Below are positions 11,099 through 21,236 of a DNA stretch of 29,896 nt, piece by piece. Source of the stretch: a virus; the IMG/VR virus record IMGVR_UViG_3300031760_000017. One strand, written 5' to 3'. Both the position numbers and the translations under genes were made by a program. Every line of letters begins with the position of its first letter. The stretch's first letter is position 1. The notes beneath the pieces are model-generated. The model was not told the DNA's origin. It ran no database searches and saw nothing but the letters and a program-made list of their open reading frames with translations.

Positions 11099-12091
11099 TT
11101 AATCTCTTGATTCATCAAATTCATCTGTCTCACTTCCATTAACAGAGTCCTCATAAGATTCTTCAATAGAAGCTCTATTAGCTGGATGCGGGAAGATAGT
11201 GCTTGTTGTATCTGTTACACCAGTTGAATCATCAACAATTTGAATTGCACAAAGAACTTGTTTCTTTCTATCAAAATAAGTATATCCTGGGAAAGCGTCC
11301 ATAGTAAAAGTAAATGTACTAGGATCTCCAGTAGATGCCATTGAGAAAGTAAAGTTAGATTGAATTTTTACGTTAGGAAGTGTAATATTTGCAGGTAAAT
11401 CTTTTCCGTCTGCCTGACGTCTAAATAAAGTATCTGCTTCAACATAGTAGTATCCAGCAAAATGACCTGCATCAATTTGAAGTTCAGAAACAGTATCAGC
11501 TTTTTTCTTTACATAATAATCAACCATAACTGTTCCATTTGTAGGAGCAGTTCCAGTTCCCGCATATTCAAGAGTTCTTCCTTTGATTGTTTTTGTATTA
11601 GTGTTAGTTGTAGCACTTACTCCATAATCTTTATAAATATCACCAGTTAAATCTCCATACTCGTCAATATTCATAATATACAATGGAGCTGTTGAACAGA
11701 TTTCTTCAGTTGGTTCAAGAGCATCATCTAAATTAATAACTCCAGTTGCGCCAATTGTTGCCATAGATGTTTGATGGAAATGAATAAGATCACTTGTATT
11801 CTTCGCTCCCTTTACAACACCAGCACCAGAAAGCATAGCAAAACTAATTGGAGAAAGAAGCGCATCTTCAACAGTGAATGTTAAAGTTTTTTCACCTTCC
11901 CAAGAAATTAAACGAGTATTTCCGCGACCACCTGTTGCGTACACTGTAGTAGCCGCACCTTCTAATGTAGAGGTTTTTGCAGAGTCAAGATAAAAAACTG
12001 GCTGTCCTTGTTTAAAAATAACATTACCAATTTTCTGATCATTCTTTGCTCTAAAGACTACATTAACAATTTCACGTACACCAAATTTCAT
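11099..12091 (-). CDS. Major virion structural protein (330 aa, TAG-free), probably the major tail protein or tube. It has a Thr/Gly-rich Ig-like C-terminal region.
   Basis: It has a strong RBS aaggagg and a long TAG-free ORF. It is flanked by its own terminator. Its position is downstream of the capsid and connector genes. The composition (TxT repeats, beta-rich) is typical of major tail proteins. Confidence 0.55.
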   Translation of the reverse strand: MKFGVREIVNVVFRAKNDQKIGNVIFKQGQPVFYLDSAKTSTLEGAATTVYATGGRGNTRLISWEGEKTLTFTVEDALLSPISFAMLSGAGVVKGAKNTSDLIHFHQTSMATIGATGVINLDDALEPTEEICSTAPLYIMNIDEYGDLTGDIYKDYGVSATTNTNTKTIKGRTLEYAGTGTAPTNGTVMVDYYVKKKADTVSELQIDAGHFAGYYYVEADTLFRRQADGKDLPANITLPNVKIQSNFTFSMASTGDPSTFTFTMDAFPGYTYFDRKKQVLCAIQIVDDSTGVTDTTSTIFPHPANRASIEESYEDSVNGSETDEFDESRD

Positions 12092-12146
12092 TTGGATTTC
12101 CTCCTTATATTTTGTACAAAATATTGATTGTCTTTATTTAGTTATT

Positions 12147-12881
12147 TTATTCATGAATATCTTTTAGCCAATCTTCTGGATCATCCATTCCAGAACATCC
12201 TGCGGCTTTAAATCTCTACCAAGAATCATAACGCAGTTTTAATTCAAATCGGTTAAATTCATCCATTAATTGATAAATAGTATAATTCATTAAATCATTT
12301 ATATTTTTTTTCTCGCCAACAGCAAGAATGGAAACATAACGACTTAATATAGCAATTTTAGAATCAGGCGCCAGCTTCGCCTTTTTCTATCTACCTCTTT
12401 TTATCTTATCGGCAATTTTTTGAGCTAACTATCCACTTGGATTATACTATTTATTTTCTTTATTTGTGAGACAAAACATAGTAATAATAATTTCTTTAAA
12501 AGCTTCAAAATTATCTTCATTTATTTCATTAACTTCTCCAGTCTAATTATCACGTAATTGTATTGCCCCTTTTTCCAATAAAATTTCTTTTGTTGGAAAT
12601 AATAATGCAAGAAGAGATAAAACATTTAATTTAGCCTAATAAGCCTATAAATTTTTTTCTTGTATTATCATCATTATTATATTAAAATTTGACATATTTG
12701 ATAAATCAATTTTGTCCTAATCTATTAAATTTTCTTTATTAAATTTTAATATTTCACATCCAGGCCAAAATTGCTTCTAAGTAATGTATGCTATTTCTTT
12801 TAATCGCGGCTGATGAATTGTTAATTGAGCCTAAGGGAAAGGTAAATCATTACCAGATAATAATAATAATTCATCAATCAT
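12147..12881 (-). CDS. Hypothetical protein (about 244 aa) with 11 in-frame TAGs.
   Basis: The ATG overlaps the upstream stop (ATGATTGA). The frame is continuous apart from TAG codons and ends with TAA. Confidence 0.45.
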
Positions 12882-13482
12882 TTTTTGGAATCCATCCATG
12901 CGAACTTGGTAATACATCATCTGTCCCATGGATAGCTGAATATACCATAGTATAACCAGATAAAGTTTCATCTAAAATTAATTCATTGCAACCTGCAAAT
13001 TGAAAGGTGCCTATTCCAGATAAACGTGCTTTGTTAAGAATTCCATCAATATAGCCCGCAATTTTTAAAGGTCTAATTCTAAAATTTCCTAAATCCCAAT
13101 AATCAGTATGACAAAGAATATCAATATTAACATTACAATCTCTAAATTCAGGATTTCTCATATTTGGTCTAAAATTATCAAAACTAATTAATAAATAACT
13201 TTTAACCTATTCATGTTCAGGCATCTTTATTTTAGGCTCAAACTTTATATAACCTTGCTATCTTAATTTAGCTAAACTCATATCTTTAATAGCATTTTGA
13301 TAAACCGTACTTGTTTTATTATCTAAACAATCTTTTGTATTTATTACTAACAATCTTTTTAATTCATCACTATAAGGTTGACTAGTCACAAAAAGTCTTT
13401 TTAAAATTTCTTCTAAGTCTTTCTAGCATGATAAAAAAGATGAAGTAAAATCAACAGGTCTTAAAGCTAAATCTCTCTTCAT
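12874..13482 (-). CDS. Hypothetical protein (about 202 aa) with three in-frame TAGs, a possible neck or tail-completion protein.
   Basis: The RBS aaaaggag precedes it. The track ORF 12874..13161 is its C-terminal 95 aa. Confidence 0.5.
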
Positions 13483-13507
13483 ATATTTTATCTACTCCTT
13501 TTGTCTC

Positions 13508-14488
13508 TTATAAAGATATAATCTTTACATCTAATTTAATATCTTCTTGTCCTTCTACTCTATATATTAAAGTAAAAGACTTAAGTTTTCCTTCTATCTC
13601 TAATGGAAGAATCTTTAAAGAACTATTTAAATCCTTTTCTTCTTCTCCCCATAACAAATACCAATGTCCATTTTCAGCATTACATATCTCATAATATGCT
13701 TTACTATATTGTTGCACTTGAGTGGGACCATTAATATATGCGGCAGTTTCGTCTATAGGATCTTGTTGTCCAGTCTATTGATTTTCTTTAGCAGTTGCTT
13801 CCGCAATAGTATTCTCAAAGAATTCATCTAAAAATACTTGAATTATACCATCACCATAATAAGGATCAACACCTACCACTTGCCAAGTTTTCTCAACGTT
13901 TTTTCTTGGATCTAAAACTTTAATTGTTTTAAATCTTTCAAAATAATTATTTGTGTTTTCATCAGCTGTAATATACATAACTAATGAATAATTTATAGTG
14001 TTCCATTCAATTCCAGACTTTTGTGACCATTCAATAGAAGTTTCAACTGGACCTCTAATATAAACCCAATAACTTTTATCCCCTACTTGAACCTATTGAT
14101 CACATCTGCGGATTTCTGATCTAAAATAAGCATCTTCTTCAAGAAACTCTAAATAAACTAACCAATGTGTATTAGTCTATTTCCAAGTAAAAACGTTTCC
14201 TGGTCTCATATTAATATCAACTTCTCCATCAGAAGTTTTGCCTATTTTTGGCGCATTTAAACATATATCTCTATATGGAATTGAAATAATTTTATTATCA
14301 TAGGCGGGTTTATTTTTATCAGGGTTGATTAAACATCTAAACTATCTTCCATCTTCTAGAACTGCGGTTGCCGCCTGATAAGAATATAATAAAGCTTTTT
14401 TTAAACTTCTTAATTTGTCATTAATAAATCTTTGCTATTGATTCCCGCCATGATATTGCAATCTTTTATTTAATAATTCTAATGACAT
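13508..14488 (-). CDS. Hypothetical protein (about 326 aa) with five in-frame TAGs.
   Basis: The track ORFs 13508..13717 and 13775..13978 are in the same frame, separated only by TAG. Upstream continuity runs to the ATG at about 14488. Confidence 0.55.
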
Positions 14489-14799
14489 ATCTTTTCTTTC
14501 AATTCATTCATTAGTCCTAAACATTCAAAAATAGTTCTACGATAACATAGAAAATCATCCTCTTTAGTTAATGAATAAAGTCCTTCTAATTTATTTAATA
14601 ATGGGAAAAAAATTTCCGAATATTTTTCTCCTATTAGTCTTTTCATACCAATAAGTTCTTCTAAAATTGTTTCTAAAGGTTTTTGCCAATCTAAACCTTC
14701 TTCTCGACTAGGTAAAAGTTTATATGTTTGATTAATAAGGTTTTGCAATCTATTTGAAATTACATTATTCTAAATATTAATGTTATATTTTAATAACAT
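14470..14799 (-). CDS. Hypothetical protein (about 109 aa) with two in-frame TAGs.
   Basis: The track ORF 14479..14748 is its core. The start overlaps the upstream stop (ATAATG). Confidence 0.45.
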
Positions 14800-15338
14800 T
14801 ATTCTTCTCCCATTCTCTTTTTATAATTTTTTTCTTCTAAATTAACAGAAGAAAATTTAACAGGTTGCATAATTTTTCCAAAAGTAGATCGCATGACTCC
14901 CTATTCATCTGGTATTCTTCTTTTATATAAACGTTGTAAATGAAAACCTTCTCTTTCATAATCCTTTTTTAATTGAAGAAGTTTTTGCATATGATTTGCT
15001 TGTGAGGTAAATTTAAAATCTGTTCCGCTATATTTCATTCTAGTATTCTAAACACTAGCTAATTGCTGACTTAACCACTAAACAATCATATACACCGCTA
15101 AAATATTTATCTCTTCACGTGTCAACTCATTGTTAAAACAAAAATATTCTTCACCATTTTCTTCTAATTTTTGATAATCCCATAGATTAATTCTAGGAAA
15201 TTCAAATTTTTCAATAGCAGAAATTAATAATTCCTATAACATTCTATGAGTATCCTATAAAGTTAACTAAAGGTACATATCATCAGTAATTTTTGAAAGA
15301 AAAGAATCATATACTAATGAAAATGGAGTAGTATTCAT
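14799..15338 (-). CDS. Hypothetical protein (about 179 aa) with six in-frame TAGs, a candidate head-tail connector or adaptor.
   Basis: It runs continuously from the ATG (RBS aggggg) to TAA. It lies just downstream of the capsid module. Confidence 0.45.
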
Positions 15339-15354
15339 TTATACACCCCCTAAA

Positions 15355-15924
15355 TTAATTGTTTGGTTTATATCTTCTACCTGTTGGCGCGGCAGTCTGT
15401 TTAATCGGCGTAGCTCTTCTAGTTGTCTGTTTTGTAGCAGAATTTAAAATATTTTCTTCTCCGCTATCAAATTTAGTATTTTTAATTTCAATTGCTTTAC
15501 TAACATCAAATCCAAGTTTTTCTTGAATTGCATTTCTTTTGCTTACATCATTAAGAGGAAGATTAACTGCCATATCTTTAATATTTTCTAAAACGGATTC
15601 TGGAGCAAAATCTAAACAATCTAAAAATTGCTCTAAAGTACCAACTTTCATAAGCTCTTCTATATCTTTATTAGAATAATGATATTCTGGTTCTGGTTCT
15701 TTCCCGAAGAGTATCTTCGCAGCTTCTTCATCTTTAATTTCAAGATATTCACTTAATATAACCTTACCGCCAGGTAAAAAAGAAAGTCTTTCTAATTCAT
15801 TAAAACTTATCTATTTTTGTTCATGCGGATAAAAATCTCTATGAACTCTTAAATCTGGTACATCATATCCAACAGTGCCACCAAATTTATTAACAACTTT
15901 TATCATACTGTTTTTATCTATCAT
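15355..15924 (-). CDS. Hypothetical protein (about 189 aa) with one in-frame TAG.
   Basis: The track ORF 15355..15651 is its C-terminal 98 aa. The N-terminal continuation runs to the ATG at 15924 with a strong RBS aaaaggag. Confidence 0.5.
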
Positions 15925-15961
15925 ATTTTAAAAATCTCCTTTTATCTCCTATATAGTAGAA

Positions 15962-15992
15962 AAAAGGGAGAATTAAAAATTCTCCCTTATTA
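15962..15992 (-). terminator. Rho-independent terminator or attenuator immediately downstream of the major capsid gene.
   Basis: Hairpin gggagaat-ttttaa-ttctccc followed by a T-tract on the minus strand. Confidence 0.7.
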
Positions 15993-16111
15993 TATTTTTT
16001 GCACGTTTAGGCCTATTCCAGACTAATCTATATTAAAAACATCTTCCTCTGGAACACCCCATAAACTTGTGGGGTCATTATTCAATCTTTCCCAAGCTGA
16101 AATAGACCCAA

Positions 16112-17209
16112 TTAGTTTCCCCATGATGGGTCTTGGTCTAGTCCAGGCATAGCCTTAACTAAACTAACATTCTTATATACACAAATACCAGGATTAATCA
16201 TATAAGTAGCAACACCAAGTTTTTGATAAGTCTGGATTTCTGTTGACCAATCGCGGTTTTCAAAAGATTTTACTTGAGCAGCTCCTTCAAAAGCTACTTT
16301 AACAGGTTTCTCTGCTCCAGTAGGAATAATCCAAGCGTATGATGGATCAATTACTTTTTCACTATTAGTTTCATCTGTAAAAGACTGCGGAAGAATAATT
16401 ACTTGATGTCCTTTGTAAGTTCCTAAAGAACCATTATTCCAAATCTGTTCTTTCATTCCATCAGACATCGCATTCCAGTTTAATGAAGCCTGGTTGTTAG
16501 CAATAGTTGTAGGAGCCATTGTTGCAGCAAATTCAAATGTACAATAAATTGTACTCTTACCATAAACGTCTGCTGTCATAAGAAGCTGATCCATTGCCGC
16601 TTCATTAAATCCAGTCTGAGCTGTTTTATTTGTAGCAGGAATATTTAAAACTGTAGCTTCAAGAGCTTTTGCAATTTCACGATAAACTGCTTCATCCATT
16701 CCTTCAAGTACAAGACTATAATAATCATTCATAGTCATACGACCATCAAGAAGTTCTTCCCATTCAATACGAGAAGCGCCTCCATAAGCAGCTGTCGGTA
16801 CTTCAAGTGAATATCCATCAAGCTTGAAGACTTCATATCTACCTGCTAAACCAACTCTTGTTACAAACTGTTTAGCACGTTTCTTAGAAGCTTCACTGAT
16901 TCTTACTTTATAAACAGGTCTTGTTCCTTGCGCGAATGTACGAACATCAGCAAACTGTCCATAATTCTGAAGGACCTTTTGCGGAAGAACTTCTGTAAGA
17001 CCTACTTCAATAAGTGTATAAATAAGATTTTTATTTTCTCTAAAATCTTGAGGAGTCGCCCCAAGTTCGTTTAATTCTTTAATAAAAGTTTTATTCAGAG
17101 CTTCTGCTGAAAGCTTTTCTCCACCAAAAGAAAAAGCAGTAGAAGGATTTAATGATGCTTTCGCATTGGCTCTAGCTAATTCAATAAGCTGATCTCTTGT
17201 TAATGCCAT
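16112..17209 (-). CDS. Major capsid protein (HK97 fold, 365 aa). It is TAG-free.
   Basis: Track ORF with a strong RBS aaggagg. The length and sequence character are typical of phage major capsid protein. It is followed by a terminator and preceded by the scaffold-like and head genes. Confidence 0.8.
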   Translation of the reverse strand: MALTRDQLIELARANAKASLNPSTAFSFGGEKLSAEALNKTFIKELNELGATPQDFRENKNLIYTLIEVGLTEVLPQKVLQNYGQFADVRTFAQGTRPVYKVRISEASKKRAKQFVTRVGLAGRYEVFKLDGYSLEVPTAAYGGASRIEWEELLDGRMTMNDYYSLVLEGMDEAVYREIAKALEATVLNIPATNKTAQTGFNEAAMDQLLMTADVYGKSTIYCTFEFAATMAPTTIANNQASLNWNAMSDGMKEQIWNNGSLGTYKGHQVIILPQSFTDETNSEKVIDPSYAWIIPTGAEKPVKVAFEGAAQVKSFENRDWSTEIQTYQKLGVATYMINPGICVYKNVSLVKAMPGLDQDPSWGN

Positions 17210-17226
17210 TGTCTTTTTCCTCCTTA

Positions 17227-17775
17227 TTACTGAATTCTCTGAAGTTTAACACCAGGGGTTCCATCCGGCATTGTATAATGATCTGTTGCATTATCTTTTA
17301 CGACCTTAAAAATAGGACCATCACCTTCTCCGACAACAAGGAATCCATTTTCACCAACATGAAGTTTCTGTCCTTTGGTCGGGAAAGTTTGTGTAACTGC
17401 TACATTCGGACCTGTACCAGCCGCAAAAGTATTAGTAGTAAAAATATCACCAATATTAGTTTTAATTAAACGAGGATACATTTTTCCATCAGAAAAATCC
17501 TCGGGTTTATATACAAAATCTTTATGACTTTGAAGTCTTTCATCATAAAGTTTTTCTTCATTATAAACAAGCATAAATTCGCCATCTTCAGCAGTAAAAT
17601 TTACTTCACCAGCTGCATAATCATATTTAGCAAACTGACCCTGCTCAAGCTGTGTAATACTAGCAGCTGCAGGTAGTTGTGCATAAATCTGACCAGTTAC
17701 AATACCAGACAGATGATTAGGTTCAACTTGTCCATAACCAATTCTTTTAGTTAAGTCTCTTGCCATTTTTAGCAT
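17227..17775 (-). CDS. Head protein (182 aa, TAG-free), possibly a decoration or scaffold-associated protein.
   Basis: Track ORF with RBS aggagg. It sits between the scaffold-like gene and the capsid gene. Confidence 0.45.
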   Translation of the reverse strand: MLKMARDLTKRIGYGQVEPNHLSGIVTGQIYAQLPAAASITQLEQGQFAKYDYAAGEVNFTAEDGEFMLVYNEEKLYDERLQSHKDFVYKPEDFSDGKMYPRLIKTNIGDIFTTNTFAAGTGPNVAVTQTFPTKGQKLHVGENGFLVVGEGDGPIFKVVKDNATDHYTMPDGTPGVKLQRIQ

Positions 17776-17789
17776 CCTCCTAAAATTAA

Positions 17790-19133
17790 TTAACCAAGTT
17801 TCTCTTGTTCTTTAACAGCTTTCACCCATTCTGGCAGGCTGTCATTTTTATCACTATCTAATGTATATGTGATAGTTTTTTCTTCATTATTTTCTTCTTT
17901 CTCTTTTAAAGAAAAACTAACTTTTTTATCAAAACAAATAACTGAAAGTTTTGCTTTAATTTCTTCTAAAGTGTACTTCTACTTATTACTAATAACATCT
18001 GCTTTATCTTCTTCAGAAAGCATATAGAATTCAGCAATAAGTGCATCCTTTTTCTGATTATCAATTTCTCTTTTAAATTTCACGAGTTCTTGATATTGAT
18101 TTTGAAGAGTCTAATAAGAAGTTTTTAAAGCTTCAAGCTAATTTTCAATTAATTCATATTTTTTTGCTTTTTCCTTATCTTTATCATCATCTTCATCATC
18201 TTTATCTTCATCATCTGATGAATCTTCAGAAGAGTCTTCTTTATCTTCAGTTTCAGATTTGTCTTCTTTATCATCATCTTTTTTTACATAATCAGCAGGA
18301 ACAGAAGCATCTTCCATTTGATCAACCGTAGAAATTGTTGTATCAATTTCTTCTTCAACTTGAGTAAACTCAGTTACAGCAGTATCAGAAGTTTCATTCT
18401 CAACAACCACAGTTTTTTCAAGATTATCCATCTGTTGTCCTCCTCCGTCTAAGGCATTCTTTAAATCTTGCATCATACTAAAAAGTGTATGCCTAAAATT
18501 ATCGTCTAATGTAAATTTCAAACTTACATCTGGAGCCGTTACAGAAGCGCCTTCGAAGCAAGGCTCAACATCGTCTCCTAATATACAAATTTTTTGAATA
18601 ATTGCATCATTTATAATAAAGAAGTCTAATCCATTTTCATAATTTTTTTGCCAATTTCCTTTTAAGGTTTCTGGTTTAAATTCCATTGATTGCGGACGAC
18701 CTTCATTCACAGGTAAGCTGGATTCTGGAAATTGATCAGTCCAAAGATAACCTGTTGTCATAAGATATTTTCTTACAACAGTATTACCCATACCATCGCT
18801 ATCCTAAAAATCTTGAAACCAAACTTTTGCATCAGGAGATACAAAACCATAAGGAACAGTTTGACATTCGAATTTTACTCCTTCATCATCAATAATAACT
18901 TTTTCTCCATGATCTGTAAAATCTTCTTTACTATCTCTATAATAACCTACAATTGGCGCGCCTCGAAGACTTTTCCCAATTTCAACAGCAACCTATTTAG
19001 AAATAAAACTATGGTTTCTATTTGCGCCAAGATAAAATACTTTAATATCACATTTAGACATTAAAGGATTTATATCAAGAGGTTGAAGATTTAAAAATTC
19101 AGGAGAGCTTATCGTTGCAACTGATTGGTGCAT
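17790..19133 (-). CDS. Scaffolding / prohead-protease-like protein (about 447 aa) with five in-frame TAGs. It has a strongly acidic DE/S-rich linker and a coiled-coil C-terminus.
   Basis: The track ORF 18138..18791 is the middle segment. The frame continues upstream to the ATG at 19133 (RBS aaaggag) and downstream through TAGs to TAA at 17790. Its position is between portal and capsid. Confidence 0.55.
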
Positions 19134-19325
19134 AATAAAAATTCTCCTTTTTCATTTCCATATATAATAAAAATTTGAATAATTTTCTTAATAACTTTTG
19201 TCCAAAAAATTTTAATTCATACTTTCACGATTTTGAATTGTTTTTGTCGATTTCTAATCATCTGGTTTTTCAGGTCTTCCCGCACCCTATTTTGAATCTC
19301 CGCCAGTTTTATTACGATTTAAAAC

Positions 19326-20753
19326 CTATGCATTCATAGTACTAGACATTAATGGTGGAATAAAGACGTTAACTAAATCAAGAATATCATTTTCAAAATA
19401 AGCTGTTGCTAAAATAGCGCTTTGAGATTGTCCAAGAGCTATTTGTGGTAACATTTTAGAATAACCTAATTGAGTATGTTCTTTATATTGTTTAGCTAAA
19501 TCTTTATAATTATAAATAGTTGTAGGAAGAATTTGTGCCCTGTAATTAACCTTTTTTGGACTCTTATTATAAGGTATTAATAAAGTATTTAAGAAAGTTT
19601 CAAATTGTTGAATTAAGTTCCACATTGAAGCTTCATCATTTAAAATAGATTTTTCAAGAGCAATATTACCATCAGTATTAAATTGCATTTGTGAAACACC
19701 AGCTTCATTATAAACTGTACGTTCAACTTTTTCTAAATCATCTGTTGTTGTAGTGGTATGATTATCTGCCATATCCGCAACTTCAACATCAGCAAAAGTT
19801 GTTAAAACATCAATTCCAATTGCTTTAGACAACATTTGTACTGCATTATTATGAAGTTGCTGAGCTTCATCTACATCAAATACTAGATCACCATTTTTAT
19901 CAATAGGCATTTTCTGAATAATAATTTTTAATAATTGTTGTTGCATCTTGCGGCGATCAAGGTCTTGAGCTGCATCTAAATCAATTATAGCAGGGATAAC
20001 CGCCATAAATGGTGGAAAATCCTATCCATTTAAATTAAATTTTATAACAGAACCAATAGGAAGTAAATACCATCCAGACTCGTCTCCAGGAAAATCAGGT
20101 TTTAATTTTCCTTGTTTATATAGTCTATATCCTTTTTCAAACTCTTGCGGAAAAATCTTTAACATTCGAAAACGTTGCTCTGAATCTGTGAACATATCAT
20201 CAAAATATTTCATATTAAATTCAACAAGAGGCTGCCCACCTGCCGCAATATATCTGGATCTGCAATATCTTGGCGGCAACTATTGAACTATTACTGTTCC
20301 ATTCTTAGCTATTAAATAACCATAATAACAGCCATTTTTTACAACTTTTAAAGCTACATCACCAAAAAATTTTTTAGCTTCAAATTTATCTAAATAATTT
20401 AAAACTTGATTGAACCCCTCAAGAAGTTTATCTGGTTTCATAGAATCATTATAATATGGTGTTACTAACCAATCATATCTATACATATAAGCCATATAAC
20501 GACATAATCTTTGATAGATACCACTAATCTTATAAAAATAATTAGAAATATCTCTCATCTTATTTAAATCGCCATAATGAATAGCTCTTAAAACCTGCTC
20601 TTTATTTGCTAAATATGGATTAACTCTTTGTAAATCTCCTAGTTTTAAAATTGCATCAGATACAGTTTTTACTCCAACTCGAATTTTTGCAAAATCAACT
20701 GGTATATATCCAGTAGCCTAATTAGGAATTTGGTAATCTTCAGTTCCAATCAT
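19326..20753 (-). CDS. Portal protein (about 475 aa) with three in-frame TAGs.
   Basis: The track ORFs 19326..20006, 20022..20279 and 20280..20558 are collinear in one frame, separated only by TAG. Its size and position immediately after terminase fit a portal. Confidence 0.7.
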
Positions 20754-20815
20754 ATTAAAGCCTTTTTTCTTTATCTATGCCATTCGATTTATCAACTTTA
20801 GATACCTCTCCTTCT

Positions 20816-21178
20816 TTACCACCCATACGCCGCCTTAAGAATATAATCATAATTTACACGTGCCTAATCCCAATAAGGAATAATAACTAATTTAATATCA
20901 TGATCTCGACAATACTATCTTTTTCTCATATCATTATACTGTTGTTTTCTTAATCCATTATAACCACCAAATTTATCTTTAGCTTCATAATGTTGAATTC
21001 CTTGAAATTCAATTAAAAAATCAATATTATGCTAATCATCAAAAACAGCAAAATCAAATCTTAATGGACGTCCGGTATTACTTACTAAATCTGGAAAAGA
21101 GTATTCTTCTACGAACTCTAAACCAGAATCTTGTAATATTTCTTCTATTTTAATTTCTCCTCTGGATGCTCGCATATT
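20816..21178 (-). CDS. Free-standing PD-(D/E)XK (Vsr/DUF559-like) homing-endonuclease-like protein (about 120 aa) with three in-frame TAGs.
   Basis: The motif RFDFAVFDD-TAG-HNIDFLIEFQGIQHY resembles the D...(D/E)...IEYDG.QH core of the Vsr/DUF559 endonuclease family. It is inserted between the terminase and portal genes with its own RBS gaaggag. Confidence 0.55.
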
Positions 21179-21236
21179 TTTTCTCCTTCACTATATTATA
21201 TAAAAAAACCTTTTATAAAATTAATAACTTTCGACC

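Noticed and set aside
19134-19325. A promoter in the 190-nt portal-scaffold intergenic region.
   Set aside because: There are weak TTGGAC/TATATA-like hexamers with poor spacing. They are too ambiguous to call without transcript data.
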